A stretch of DNA of 64,000 bases from Methylobacter sp. (GTDB lineage Bacteria > Pseudomonadota > Gammaproteobacteria > Methylococcales > Methylomonadaceae): positions 34,617 to 98,616 of the forward strand of contig DAINRH010000001.1 of the NCBI GenBank assembly GCA_036741905.1. Reading direction: 5' to 3'. Below, one piece after another: positions 1 through 10,452 of the stretch. Both the position numbers and the translations under genes were made by a program. The notes under the pieces are model-generated. The model saw only the letters and a program-made list of their open reading frames with translations. It ran no database searches and was not told the origin of the DNA. Every line of letters begins with the position of its first letter. Position 1 is the stretch's first letter.

Positions 1-237
1 GCCTGATCAACCTGGTTAAACAAAAGGGGTTAAGTCCGGCAAAAAATAACGCATGACAGCCATAATTCCAGGCTGCTGATTCAATTCGAGTATGAGTGCA
101 GTCAAGTTGTCGATAAGACCGGAATCCAGGTGTTTCCAAAATAGAACAAAGATGAATCTTTATGTCGGCTTAGTAACCCTGCAAAATCAAAGGTCACGTG
201 GAGTGATTATATTTCCGTTTCACGTTGAGCATTCTTC

Positions 238-657
238 GTGGCGTGGGAGAACATCTTGCCGCCTGGGGGGTACGTCACCAAAAGCAGTCCGCCGGAGGTA
301 TTGCTGCGTGCGATCCATGATGTCTATGCAGGTCACCGCTTTCTGAGTGCCGACATCGCCCAGGCGCTGGCGCTGGAAAAGCTTGGCAGTGAACGTATTG
401 CCTTGGAAACATTGACGGTGCGGGAATTCGAAATTCTGCGCCTGTTGGTCGAAGCGCGAACAGCGGAGGAAATCGCGCAAACTCTCAACATCAGCCCGAA
501 AACCGTCTGCAATTGCCATTACCTGATCAAGCGTAAACTCGGCGTTGCCGGAGACATAGAGCTAACGCGATTGGCGATCAGGTTAAATGTGATTAACCTT
601 TTGGAGCTATCAGCTTCAGTAACTCCCGTCATAGAAAATGAAGGATTTTCGCGCTAA
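238..657 (+). CDS. LuxR/NarL-family response regulator, C-terminal output part only (receiver domain missing or decayed)
   Basis: GYVTKSSPPEVLLRAIHDVYAG and LTVREFEILRLLVEARTAEEIAQTLNISPKTVCNCHYLIKRKLGV form a LuxR-type HTH. GTG start, with an in-frame stop at 226-228. The frame-2 ORF 92..346 ends in a receiver-like remnant VIIFPFHVEHS, suggesting frameshift or truncation. Confidence 0.6.
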   Translation: MAWENILPPGGYVTKSSPPEVLLRAIHDVYAGHRFLSADIAQALALEKLGSERIALETLTVREFEILRLLVEARTAEEIAQTLNISPKTVCNCHYLIKRKLGVAGDIELTRLAIRLNVINLLELSASVTPVIENEGFSR

Positions 658-827
658 ACCTTATTAATCCAATAAGCGTGGAAAAAAACCGAATAACAGC
701 ATCGAAAAGAGACTCCGATCTTTGCTAGGGCTAAGATTCCAGGTTATTTTAGATTGTGTGCCCGGTTGAGTGTGGTCACTTCCAACTCTTACTTTTTAAG
801 CTGTAAACGGTGGGTAAAAAAATCTGC

Positions 828-1985
828 TTATTGGTATCGTTGGACTTCAACGTATCTGAACTCACGCGGAGAGCAACCAAACTGCTGTTTGAATGCACGA
901 CTAAAATGCGCAGTATCGTTAAATCCCCAGCGAAACGCGATGTCGGATAGTCGATGGCCTGCATAAACCGGATTAAGCATATCCTTCCGGCAATTTTCCA
1001 GTCTGCGCTTCCAAACGTAGCGCATCAGTGAGGTCCCTTCGTCTTCAAACAGGTCGTTAATATAACGCGCCGACAAGCCTGCATGGCGGGTAATCACGCT
1101 GGTGTCGAGATTAACATCCCGAAGATTTTGCTCGATAAAAGTCTTGATACCGTTAATCGAGACTGACCGGCTTCTGGACAGATTGAAGTCAACCGGGCGC
1201 ACCGATGTTACCGCCAATGTCAGTAAATCTAGCGCATGATCGGAAAGGGTGGAAAATTCGTGGGCTTGTAACTGGTCGGCATGAGTAGCGGACGAGCGCA
1301 GGAAATTTGATGCAACAAAACCGATGCCTTTAGTACCAGGAATGCGCAGTGCAGTGCAACGGTCTATCCCCGCAACCCTGTCCCTGAGCACAGCCCGGGG
1401 GATTGAAAGAATCAACCGTGCTTATCCGGTTGTCACACACATCTACTAAATGTAGTGAGGCAGCGTTCGCTGGCATATAGTTCAGCCTTGATGGAAGCGG
1501 TGCGTAGACAATCAACATACTACCTGTAGTGCGTGTGTGCGTAAACCGGATAAGCACGGAATCAACTTGGTGAACTCGTCAGGACAATGGATTCGATGCG
1601 GGCAGGTCGCGTCATAAATGGTCATATCGCCAGGCTGGAGCAGAACTTCTCTGCCATTTTGCTCCAACAGGTAGTCGCCGGAAACAAGCATGACCACGAA
1701 GTAGGCATCCTGGCTGTTCAAGTGCGGCTCTCTGGGTAATCGCTCTAGCGAAATTGCACTGGATTGAATGGTCGACAGTTGAAGATTCCCCCAAGGGTAA
1801 ATAGTCAGGTCTTGGGACAATTCGCCATGGGCAGATGAGGTTATTTCAACATTGGCGTACTCCCGGCATATCACCTCACGCAACCAGTCGTGTCTCTCAC
1901 GCGGTGCAATAGCGTTGGTCGAAAACTTGAGACCGCCTCTGTCAGGATTAACTGGCAGTTCATGGGATAACGCAGTCATATTCAT
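828..1985 (-). pseudogene. AraC/XylS-family transcriptional regulator interrupted by a MITE
   Basis: ORF 1512..2015 is an AraC_binding_2-like N-domain ending in DEFTKLI. ORF 828..1415 is the AraC HTH (GLSARYINDLF...LSDIAFRWGFNDTAHFSRAFKQQFGCSPREFR). Deleting 1417..1566 joins them in frame as DEFTKLILSIPRAVLRDRV. Confidence 0.85.
1417..1558. mobile_element. 142-bp MITE-like non-autonomous element
   Basis: Perfect 15-bp terminal inverted repeats: CGTGCTTATCCGGTT at 1417-1431 and AACCGGATAAGCACG at 1544-1558, extending imperfectly inward. It is flanked by an 8-bp direct repeat GAATCAAC (1409-1416 and 1559-1566). There is no ORF inside. Confidence 0.85.
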
Positions 1986-2171
1986 GGTACAGACCTTGTT
2001 TAAAAAAATATTCATTTATTATCTTCATATAGAAATCGAAACAGCCGTTACAGTCAAGTTTTAGTTCCGTTTCACACCAGCGGGAAACAGCAAAAAACTT
2101 CATACTAAAACTAATCCGGCTGGCCACTACTACCATTCGGCAAAACTTTCAACACACTAAAGGACAATAAA

Positions 2172-2612
2172 ATGGAAGAACTACTCAACCACACAGCAAC
2201 CCGAATTGCGCTTATCGCCTCCGGCATTTTCTTTATGACGGGCTTGCTAACAGGCGCATGGAAATACATCTGCATGAGACAGCATCAAAACGCTGAAGCG
2301 CCGCACTATGTAAACACCGCCCACCGTGCAGCTCTGCTGTACGCGTTTGCAGCACAATTGCTTGCCGTTTTCGCCGCGACTAGCGCATTTTCCGATAGGG
2401 TGAATACCATCGCCGTTATCTTTCCGTTGCTTTTTTTTAGCATCGCCATCGTGCACTATATCAACCTTGGCTTGACCACCGAAAGCAATAACAGCATGCG
2501 CGATTCCACCGACCGGAAGAAAGATTATCTTATCCTCAATATCCTGGCGGTGGCAGAAATCGGCGGTTTTTCTGTGCTGTTGCTGGGTTTCTTTTTGCGC
2601 ATATTTGGTTGA
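2172..2612 (+). CDS. small integral membrane protein (about 4 TM helices), unknown function
   Basis: 146-aa ORF with hydrophobic stretches IALIASGIFFMTGLLTGAW, ALLYAFAAQLLAVFAATSAF, IAVIFPLLFFSIAIV and ILNILAVAEIGGFSVLLLGFFL. AGGA lies upstream of the ATG. Confidence 0.6.
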   Translation: MEELLNHTATRIALIASGIFFMTGLLTGAWKYICMRQHQNAEAPHYVNTAHRAALLYAFAAQLLAVFAATSAFSDRVNTIAVIFPLLFFSIAIVHYINLGLTTESNNSMRDSTDRKKDYLILNILAVAEIGGFSVLLLGFFLRIFG

Positions 2613-2777
2613 ACGGCCTGCCTACCAAGAAGTAGTATGGTCTATAGACAAAAGGTCATGATATTCCGGTAAATTTACCCGATTATTTGAGACTTGAACC
2701 TATGGATGCCCTAGGAGGCTGTCCGAGAATAGAGAACCTACTGCGGATGTAATGGTCAACTAAAACAGGACACTTTC

Positions 2778-2891
2778 TTAGGCAGGCTTTCTATGGAATT
2801 CCCGCTCAAATTCCAGCGGGGATTGATAGCCTAATTTTGAGTGCGCGTGTCTACCATTGTAAAAAGCTAAATAATGCCCTATGGGTGACAT
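2778..2891 (-). pseudogene. remnant of an rve-type (IS3-like) transposase C-terminus
   Basis: Minus-strand translation MSPIGHYLAFYNGRHAHSKLGYQSPLEFEREFHRKPA* matches the conserved end of DDE integrase-core transposases (YN..RPHS.LGY.SP..F). The rest of the gene is absent. Confidence 0.5.
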
Positions 2892-2905
2892 AATGAATTC
2901 TCGAA

Positions 2906-3328
2906 TTATTGGTTTTTGGGCTGTTTCTTAACGGGGTGTTCTTCTTGCGATCTCGCGCTTAGCCGCGACAAGTCTTCGGATAACGAATCTCCCATCGCTT
3001 GCAGCCCTTTCACCAGCGAGCCAATCATTTTTTCCTCGGCTGGTTTAGTTTCGGCATCATCCATCAGAATCGCACGAAAACCGTGCTTCATAAACGCATT
3101 AAGCTTGGCGTTGATAACCTTGGGCATTTGTAATGCAAAAGCATCGAAATGATCGGCTGCCTGTTCAATTTGAGTCTGTGCATCATTCTTTTCGGAATCT
3201 GGCAAAGACTGTCTGAAGCCGCCATCCTGCTTTTGCCGTGTTTTATCAACAGTAATCACGGGTTCTGCGCTTGTAGTCCCTACTGCCAACAGGAGAGACG
3301 CAAGTAGAATGGGTTGAATTCGACACAT
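2906..3328 (-). CDS. secreted protein, unknown function, co-oriented just downstream of the giant repeat protein
   Basis: Signal-peptide-like N-terminus MCRIQPILLASLLLAVGTTSA-EP. ATG at 3328; an alternative TTG at 3337 overlaps the upstream stop. Confidence 0.55.
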   Translation of the reverse strand: MCRIQPILLASLLLAVGTTSAEPVITVDKTRQKQDGGFRQSLPDSEKNDAQTQIEQAADHFDAFALQMPKVINAKLNAFMKHGFRAILMDDAETKPAEEKMIGSLVKGLQAMGDSLSEDLSRLSARSQEEHPVKKQPKNQ

Positions 3329-3333
3329 GGCAA

Positions 3334-6300
3334 TCAATAAGCGACGTTAATGGATACCGGCGTGGACAGTTCTTTGGCGTCGTCCATACCCGTTATAGTC
3401 ACCGAAGCCGACTGTGGCGTAGTCGTTTTGCTAAAACTGATCCGGTAGGATGTGGAACCGATGGGTTGGCCGTTAACCTCCCAGGCATAGCCAATCACCT
3501 TGCCGTCAGGATCGGTACATTTGGCTTCGACATAGACCACATAGGACGATGGTTTCGCCATCAGTTCGCACACCGGCGGCTGGTTCTGAACCAGATTCAA
3601 CGGCGAATTAACGGTTGTCGTTTCGCCCATTTTGCTGTTCAGTGTGTAACTGACAACATGGCTGCCGGCTTCACTTATGTTGGACACCATATAGCTGCGG
3701 TTGGTGAATTCATCCACCGGTATGCCATCGACTTTCCAAAGCTGGCCCACCACGGAATCGAGCGGGTGGCCGCCGTAAAGGGTGGGCCTGACCGTAACTG
3801 TCATGGGCGCCCGGTCGTAATAGTTGGATTTGCCCACCTTCAGCGTGACGGTATACGGCACCGCCTGCTCGGCGACGATGTGCTGGGTTAGCACGGTTTC
3901 ATGTTCACGGGCATCGCGGACGGTCACTGTGACATCGTACTCGCCGGCATAGACCACCTGGCCGGCAGCCCGGTTTGGGAAAGCGTCGTTCTGGCGTCCG
4001 TTGACATTGGCAGGAAATGACCATTCGTAACTCAAGCCCTCAAAGCGTCGGTTCATTTCAGGGCGGTCATGATTGACCATCAGGATAATATCGGACGGCG
4101 CCTGAACAGTCAGCTGTTTCATGCTCATGGTGAAGTTAGGCCAGACGTATTGCCAGGGAATGTATGAAACCGTGGTTTCTTTGGTGGTAGTGTCCTTGAA
4201 GCCATCCACCCAGGCTCGGAAGATCAGAGGTTTGGTGTCAACCATGTCCTGTGGTGTCGGCGTCCAGTCGAGAGTGTCGCCGGATACGAGTGAACCATCC
4301 GGCTTCTGCCATTCGGATTTGGTGGTATGCACGCTGACCATGCCACCCCAAGATGGTCGGACAGAACCCTCGTAGTGATAGGTTTTGCCGGTTTCGACAT
4401 CCCGCTGGCCTTTGGCGCTGACGCTGGGTCGAGTCGGCGTTTTGACGATCAGATAATGCCGCGCGACCGACCAGGCACTGGGATCGTCGGCTCGGGTGTC
4501 GGCCGGTCGGGTTCTCAGGGTCACGTACACCTTGCCTTCCTGCTCCGCAGTGATCGTCGCCGTTGCGCCGGTCGTGGTTGTGGTGCCACTGGGCGCTTCG
4601 ATGGTCCATTCATTAACTGTGGTGGCGGTCAGTACCCCTTCACGGTGCAGTTCGGCCGCCAGGGTGGCCGCATAACCGGGCGCCATGTGACGCGGGCCGG
4701 TGATGGATGCCTCCAGAGTCGAGTATGCCCACACTTCGATCGGCGTGGCGTAGCTTTCGACCAGGGTGTTCTTGTTGATCATCTTCGCCCGTACCAGGCG
4801 CCTACCGGGATCCTGCATGGCAACGTTATGACGAATAGTATTGGACTTCTCGATGGCTGTCCAGGTCACGCCAGCATCCGTACTTTCCTCCCAGGACACT
4901 TCCTTGAGGGCAACGCGATTATCCGGCGTCATATTGAGGTTCAGTGTGAAGGTTTTAGGTGCGGGACCGTCAATGGATTTGCTGGTGATTGTGCCTTCGA
5001 TCGGTGAACCTTTGACAACATCAATGTATCGTGCCCACGAGGTGAGCGTAGTGTCCAGTCCGTCGACGTTCGAGACCAGCTCCGATACGGCGGTCAGCTT
5101 CATAAACAGATTGCCGACCGGATTGATCTGGAATTCGGCTTCGCCGTTCACCATATCCTTCATTTCAGTGATAGGGGTTTTTACCGACTGGGAATTGGTT
5201 TGAGCGAGTATTTGAGTGCGCCATTGGCCCATGGTGTCTGGCGTATAGATAATACCGGTTTTGCTATATTTGCCGACTTTGACTTTGATCGTGGCAATTT
5301 GGGTGTCAGGTATTTTTTGTGGAGCCTCGATAACCAGTTTCATGTTGCTCTCGGTGCCGCCAATTGCGGTAATTACCTGCTCGCTAAATATTGACGGAAA
5401 ATCTTGCCAAGCGACGCGCAAAGTGACAGGGCGTTCTTCGAGAAGAGCAAGGTTAGGCGTATTGATCCAGTAAGAGCTTTCGTTCAAGACATCGCCACGT
5501 TCAAACGACTGTTGACTGTCGGTAACAGTGATTTTCATCTTGGCGTTTGTTTGAACGCCAGCGAGAATGGTGGCACGGGTAATGGCCTGTCCGAGCGGGA
5601 CATAGTATTTACCTTCTGTGATTTTATAGCCACCTTTCAGTTTAATGGTTGGAGGCGAGAGGTCTTTAACGGTAATAGTTAAATCGCCCGATTGGATGGG
5701 TAAGGTCATGCCGTCGGCGAATAGGCGACTCACAACATAAGAGAGGGTTCGTGGACCAACGCTGGTGAGTGGGCCAACAAATTTATACTGATTGAATAAA
5801 AAACTTTTGGTCAAGTCTGAATCGCCAGAAAAATTAGCGATACAAACTCGGTTTCCATTTGCCGCAGCAGCCTTGGCTGTATCGGGATTATCGTATAAGG
5901 TACAAGTTAATCCTGAGTCATGGGCAAAAATAAGGTTTAACTTTTCAATGCCGATATAGATATCCGTTTTACCGGTAAACTTGAAAGTTGGCTGGGCTAC
6001 CGGTATTACAGTAATATTTTTTATTAATGGTTCTGAGTCATAGCGAGTACCCTTCACCCAGCGAGAAATAAGGGACTGCACCAGATAATCACCAGGTATA
6101 CCGGGATGTCCATAGAGGATTGGTAAACCGTTATTATCAGATCCAGGATTCATGTCAGATAGGGTAGTTGTTAAGCTGACATAACATTTCCTCGGATCCG
6201 CCTCAGCCTCTGACTGTACAGATGTTAACGGGCATGAATTATCTGCAGAGGGTTGAATGGATGCGTCTACGCGAGTTTCGGACTGATAAATTGTGGTGGG

Positions 6301-9300
6301 CGACACTATCAAGACCGGCATTGGAGGATTTTTTACAGCAAATAACCTGGTTTTGATGCCAGTTCCGCTGGAGCCTGTAATGTTAAGCTGGGCTGTGTAG
6401 CTGCCGGCAGGCAAACCTGATCCTGTCAAGGTAAGCGGGACGCCCACCCTTGAATCCAGTGAGGATAACGTTTTGGTTTCAATGGTTGCTGTTCCGTTTT
6501 TGATAATCAAGGTGCCTGACAGCGGGGCATTACAGGCATAGGCTTTGTAGGTTGCATTGTAATTGGGCTCTTCGTAAGAGAGTAAAGCAGGAATATCTAA
6601 CGAAGAAATTACGGGTGGAGCACATGCCACAGCAACTGTTTTACTGACTTCTCCGATTTTTACTAATTTACTGCCGTCGAATTTATGCACTTCAGCGGTG
6701 ATCGGAAAACTTCCAGCGGCTTCGATGGTTCCCGACATACTGGGCAACGTGCCGCTGTTATTGACGGTCATGCCTGGAGGCGGGTTAACCATCACAACAT
6801 AGCATTTATCCGGGTCAGCTTGTGCAGCGGCGGCATCATTTGTAAAGGGGCAATTGACGACAGTCGGATTACCAAGGGCGGCAGTGACCGTTTCTTCGCC
6901 TACCGTGACACTAAGACTTGGCGAGATACTGAGGGCTGGCAGGTTGACAGGGGTTATGGTCAAGGTTGCCGTTTTGCTATCTACGCCCGAATTGCTGGAA
7001 GCCGTCATGCGTACCGTGTAGGTACCTGTGTTGATAAGCCCCCCATTGGTGAAGGTGTAAACAAGGTTTTCGCCATTAGACGTTGAAATCGGGGATCCGG
7101 ACGATACGATGTTGTTGTCGCTGTCAAACACGTCTACATTGATTTTTCCATTGGCGGAACAGGCGGGCAGAGAGTACGTGCCATGAGCCTCAAAAGCAGT
7201 TGCCTGCAGGATACTGTTTTGTGGCAAGGTGAATGAACTGATGGATGGGCCGTTACAGATAACATTGATTATGCCGTTACCCGTTATGGTTTCACCACCC
7301 TTGTCGGTGGCGGAAAACTCAAAAGTTAAAGTGCCTGAATAGAGACCGTCTGCAGGCGGCGTGTAGACAAATTTGTTGTCAACAATAGCCAGGGTTCCGG
7401 TTGTCGGAGGTCTAATGATGGCTAGGGAATAGGTCTCGGTTTTGCCTGCAGTGACGTTAGGGTCAATGATCGTTGGAGGAGTGGCTAAACTCGTTTCTGT
7501 GGATGTAGTGGTCAGCGTGGCTGATGCTTCAGTCGGTGCCGCATTGGCCCAACCTTCGGCTTCGATGCTGGGCGAGCTATTGAGTGAGCCTATTACGGTC
7601 TTGACGGTGTAAAAATAAGATGTGACGCCGGAAACGGTCGTGTCGTCCATGCTAGAGGTTGGCGCTGTAAGTGTGGCGATTTTGGTAAAAGATCCTCCGG
7701 ATGTTGATGTTCTCCAAACCTCGTAACCTGTGGCGTCAACGACTGCCGACCAATTTAACCCCACCTTATTGGTTAGGGTACCTTGTGAAGCAGTCAGATC
7801 CGAAACGACCCCAGGCATTTTGCCCCAGCCCTCGGCCTGGTCTGAATCTGGAGAAGAACCTACCGAATTTTTTGCAACGACTGTGTAGAAGTAATGGGTT
7901 GTCCCGGAAACAGTGATGTCGTCAAAACTGGTTTCAGTTACATTAGAACCCACAATACTGCCTTTGGTGCCGGCCGCAGTAGATCGGTAAATGTCGTAAT
8001 TGGCGGCTGCGGGATCCGCTGTCCAGCTTACGGTGGACTTGCCGTAAAGGGTGCCTTGAGTCGCTGTAACACCTGTTACTTTTGATGTTGCAATAATGGC
8101 GTAGCCCATGGCTTCGTTACTGGGTTGTGCTGTTGCAGAACCAACAACGGATTTGACCGTATAAAAATAGGGGGTCATGCCGGATACGGTGGTGTCTTCA
8201 TAATAACCAATCGCCATGGTACCGAGCATGGCAATTTGGGTTGATGTTCCGCCAGAGGTTGTGGAACGCCAGACTTCGTAGCCTGTGGCATCCGGGTTTT
8301 CCGACCAGATCAATCCCACTTTGTTTTGCAGGGTACCCTGCGTGGCGGTTAAATCGCTTATAGCACTTGGGATTTTCCCCCATCCTTCTGCCTGTGCTGA
8401 ATCTGGAGAAGAGCCTATGGAATTTTTTGCAACGACTGTGTAGAAGTAATGGGTTGTCCCGGAAACAGTGATGTCGTCAAAGCTGATTCCCGTCACATTA
8501 GAACCCACAATACTGCCTTTGGTGCCGGTGCTGGTAGAGCGATAAATGTCGTAATTGGCGGCCGCGAGGTCCGCTGTCCAACTGACGGTGGATTTGCCGT
8601 AAAGTGTGCTTTGAGTTGCTGTAACACCCGTTACCTTTGATGTTGCGATAATGGCATACCCCATGGCTTCGTTACTGGGTTGTGCTGTTGCAGAACCAAC
8701 AACGGCTTTGACCGTATAAAAATAGGGGGTCATGCCGGATACGGTGGTGTCTTCATAATAACCAATCGCCATGGTACCTAGCGTGGCAATTTTGGTTGAT
8801 GTTCCGCCGGAGGTTGTGGAGCGCCAGACTTCGTAGCCTGTGGCATCCGGATTTTTCGACCAGCTCAATGCCACTTTGTTTTGCAGGATACCCTTCGTGG
8901 CGGTTAAATCACTAATAGTGCTTGGGATTTTCCCCCAACCTTCAGCTTGGGTTGAATCCGGAGTAGAGCCTGCGGAATTTTTTGCAACGACTGTATAGAA
9001 GTAATGGGTTGTCCCGGAAACAGTGGTGTCGTCAAAACCGGTTCCCGTCGCGGTGCCAATAAGACTGCCTTTGGTGCCAGCGCTGGTAGAGCGATATATG
9101 TCGTAATTGGCGGCAGCAGGATCCCCTGTCCAGCTAACAGTGGATTTTCCATAAAGAGTTCCCTGGGTAGCATAGACATTTTGTATCGCGCCGGAGACAC
9201 TCACGTTGGCGGAGCCGTTGAACGTCGCTCCACCCTTGTCGGTGACACGGTAGGTGAAGGCGTAGCTGCTTCCACCTCCACTGGCTGGCGGCGTGTAGCA

Positions 9301-10452
9301 GACCTTGTTCGAAACGATGGATGCCGTTCCCTTGGTTGGCTGACTGAGAACGGAGAAGGTGTAGTTTTCACCTTGCGGATTGTTGGCGTCGGTGACGGAG
9401 GGTGTGACGCACTGCTGCGTGCCGCCGACCACCGCCAAAATAGCCGCGCTAGTTGCCGTAGGCGCGACATTGGCCCAGCCGACATCCTGGTTGCTGTCAG
9501 GGCCAGGACCATTGATGTTCTTGGGTGTCACCGTGTAGTAGTAGAGGGTCGTGGTCGAGATCGGGTCAGAGTACGTCGTGCTCGTGGTATTCCCGATATA
9601 CGATCCCTTTGTTCCTGATATCGTAGATCGGTACACATCATAGCTGTTGGTAGAGGACGAGGCAGGCCATGACACATTTATAGCATTCGTCACCGTGCCG
9701 TCTGTGGCTATTAACCCGGTGATCTTTGAAGGCGGCGGCGTGGGATTGGTGACCGTGCCGGAAGCCGTACCGTTGATGGTGTTGCCGGCCTTGTCTATTA
9801 CCTTGATCGTGAAGCCGTAGTTTTGAGTCGGGCCACTCGTTGGCGGAGTGTAACAAACCTGATTCGAAACAATAGAAGCAGTTCCGGTTGCCGGTTGAGA
9901 AACGATCGAATAGGTGAAAGTATCCGGTGACGTGGTGTCCGGCTGATTAAGGTTCGGATCCGTCACACTCGGGGCAGCACACACTTGGGCACCGCCGATC
10001 GTGGAACCAGGAAGCGAAGCGCTTGTCGCTGTCGGTGGATTGTTGGCCCAACCTCTGTCTGTGTATCCGTTGCACCATAAATAAAGTGATGGGCTGCCGA
10101 CCTCCATGTAGTAATCATACGTCTTACCAGGCGTTCCTCCAGTGTCCTCCGCCCAAAGATAGTAATAACCGCCGGGAACATACTGCGATTTGTACATTGT
10201 CCACGTAGTTTCCGTCGGCAACTTGCGGTAATAAAGCTCGTAGTGGTTATAGTTAACATATGTGCAACTCCCGCCGGATGCGATGGTGTGAACAACCTTA
10301 TTGGAGTACGTCCCGTCCGTCGCTGTGGAATTGATTAACGCCTGCGCGTTGCCGGCGAAAAGGATCGCAGTCAGCGCCACTAACAAGGAGAAGGATTTCC
10401 TGAAGAATGCGAGCATCGTCTTTGACCCTATGATAATTCTGAAAGTCATCAA
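3334..10452 (-). CDS. giant secreted/surface repeat protein (Fn3-like, Ig-like and C-terminal PKD-like modules)
   Basis: 2,372-aa uninterrupted ORF. Signal peptide MLAFFRKSFSLLVALTAILFAGNAQA (alternative start 10416). Repeated YDIYRST..GTKGS...YFYTVVAKNS and YEVWRSTTSGG...YFYTVK Fn3-like units. PKD-like end: CTDPDGKVIGYAWEVNGQPIGS. Confidence 0.85.
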   Translation of the reverse strand: MMTFRIIIGSKTMLAFFRKSFSLLVALTAILFAGNAQALINSTATDGTYSNKVVHTIASGGSCTYVNYNHYELYYRKLPTETTWTMYKSQYVPGGYYYLWAEDTGGTPGKTYDYYMEVGSPSLYLWCNGYTDRGWANNPPTATSASLPGSTIGGAQVCAAPSVTDPNLNQPDTTSPDTFTYSIVSQPATGTASIVSNQVCYTPPTSGPTQNYGFTIKVIDKAGNTINGTASGTVTNPTPPPSKITGLIATDGTVTNAINVSWPASSSTNSYDVYRSTISGTKGSYIGNTTSTTYSDPISTTTLYYYTVTPKNINGPGPDSNQDVGWANVAPTATSAAILAVVGGTQQCVTPSVTDANNPQGENYTFSVLSQPTKGTASIVSNKVCYTPPASGGGSSYAFTYRVTDKGGATFNGSANVSVSGAIQNVYATQGTLYGKSTVSWTGDPAAANYDIYRSTSAGTKGSLIGTATGTGFDDTTVSGTTHYFYTVVAKNSAGSTPDSTQAEGWGKIPSTISDLTATKGILQNKVALSWSKNPDATGYEVWRSTTSGGTSTKIATLGTMAIGYYEDTTVSGMTPYFYTVKAVVGSATAQPSNEAMGYAIIATSKVTGVTATQSTLYGKSTVSWTADLAAANYDIYRSTSTGTKGSIVGSNVTGISFDDITVSGTTHYFYTVVAKNSIGSSPDSAQAEGWGKIPSAISDLTATQGTLQNKVGLIWSENPDATGYEVWRSTTSGGTSTQIAMLGTMAIGYYEDTTVSGMTPYFYTVKSVVGSATAQPSNEAMGYAIIATSKVTGVTATQGTLYGKSTVSWTADPAAANYDIYRSTAAGTKGSIVGSNVTETSFDDITVSGTTHYFYTVVAKNSVGSSPDSDQAEGWGKMPGVVSDLTASQGTLTNKVGLNWSAVVDATGYEVWRTSTSGGSFTKIATLTAPTSSMDDTTVSGVTSYFYTVKTVIGSLNSSPSIEAEGWANAAPTEASATLTTTSTETSLATPPTIIDPNVTAGKTETYSLAIIRPPTTGTLAIVDNKFVYTPPADGLYSGTLTFEFSATDKGGETITGNGIINVICNGPSISSFTLPQNSILQATAFEAHGTYSLPACSANGKINVDVFDSDNNIVSSGSPISTSNGENLVYTFTNGGLINTGTYTVRMTASSNSGVDSKTATLTITPVNLPALSISPSLSVTVGEETVTAALGNPTVVNCPFTNDAAAAQADPDKCYVVMVNPPPGMTVNNSGTLPSMSGTIEAAGSFPITAEVHKFDGSKLVKIGEVSKTVAVACAPPVISSLDIPALLSYEEPNYNATYKAYACNAPLSGTLIIKNGTATIETKTLSSLDSRVGVPLTLTGSGLPAGSYTAQLNITGSSGTGIKTRLFAVKNPPMPVLIVSPTTIYQSETRVDASIQPSADNSCPLTSVQSEAEADPRKCYVSLTTTLSDMNPGSDNNGLPILYGHPGIPGDYLVQSLISRWVKGTRYDSEPLIKNITVIPVAQPTFKFTGKTDIYIGIEKLNLIFAHDSGLTCTLYDNPDTAKAAAANGNRVCIANFSGDSDLTKSFLFNQYKFVGPLTSVGPRTLSYVVSRLFADGMTLPIQSGDLTITVKDLSPPTIKLKGGYKITEGKYYVPLGQAITRATILAGVQTNAKMKITVTDSQQSFERGDVLNESSYWINTPNLALLEERPVTLRVAWQDFPSIFSEQVITAIGGTESNMKLVIEAPQKIPDTQIATIKVKVGKYSKTGIIYTPDTMGQWRTQILAQTNSQSVKTPITEMKDMVNGEAEFQINPVGNLFMKLTAVSELVSNVDGLDTTLTSWARYIDVVKGSPIEGTITSKSIDGPAPKTFTLNLNMTPDNRVALKEVSWEESTDAGVTWTAIEKSNTIRHNVAMQDPGRRLVRAKMINKNTLVESYATPIEVWAYSTLEASITGPRHMAPGYAATLAAELHREGVLTATTVNEWTIEAPSGTTTTTGATATITAEQEGKVYVTLRTRPADTRADDPSAWSVARHYLIVKTPTRPSVSAKGQRDVETGKTYHYEGSVRPSWGGMVSVHTTKSEWQKPDGSLVSGDTLDWTPTPQDMVDTKPLIFRAWVDGFKDTTTKETTVSYIPWQYVWPNFTMSMKQLTVQAPSDIILMVNHDRPEMNRRFEGLSYEWSFPANVNGRQNDAFPNRAAGQVVYAGEYDVTVTVRDAREHETVLTQHIVAEQAVPYTVTLKVGKSNYYDRAPMTVTVRPTLYGGHPLDSVVGQLWKVDGIPVDEFTNRSYMVSNISEAGSHVVSYTLNSKMGETTTVNSPLNLVQNQPPVCELMAKPSSYVVYVEAKCTDPDGKVIGYAWEVNGQPIGSTSYRISFSKTTTPQSASVTITGMDDAKELSTPVSINVAY
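7520..9185 (-). repeat. three near-identical 555-nt (185-aa, double Fn3-like) tandem units inside the giant gene
   Basis: The string GTAGAAGTAATGGGTTGTCCCGGAAACAGTG recurs at about 7887, 8442 and 8997, a period of 555. The protein segments VTGVTATQ.TLYGKSTVSWTAD...AMGYAIIATSK repeat. Confidence 0.8.

Noticed and set aside
3466-10295. Many 60-226-aa ORFs on the plus strand or in other frames inside the giant gene (for example 4327..5007, 9004..9618, 6685..7086).
   Set aside because: They are shadow ORFs of a GC-moderate repetitive gene. The repeated MGCPGNSDVVK ORFs merely mirror the 555-nt repeat. They have no RBS or domain signal.
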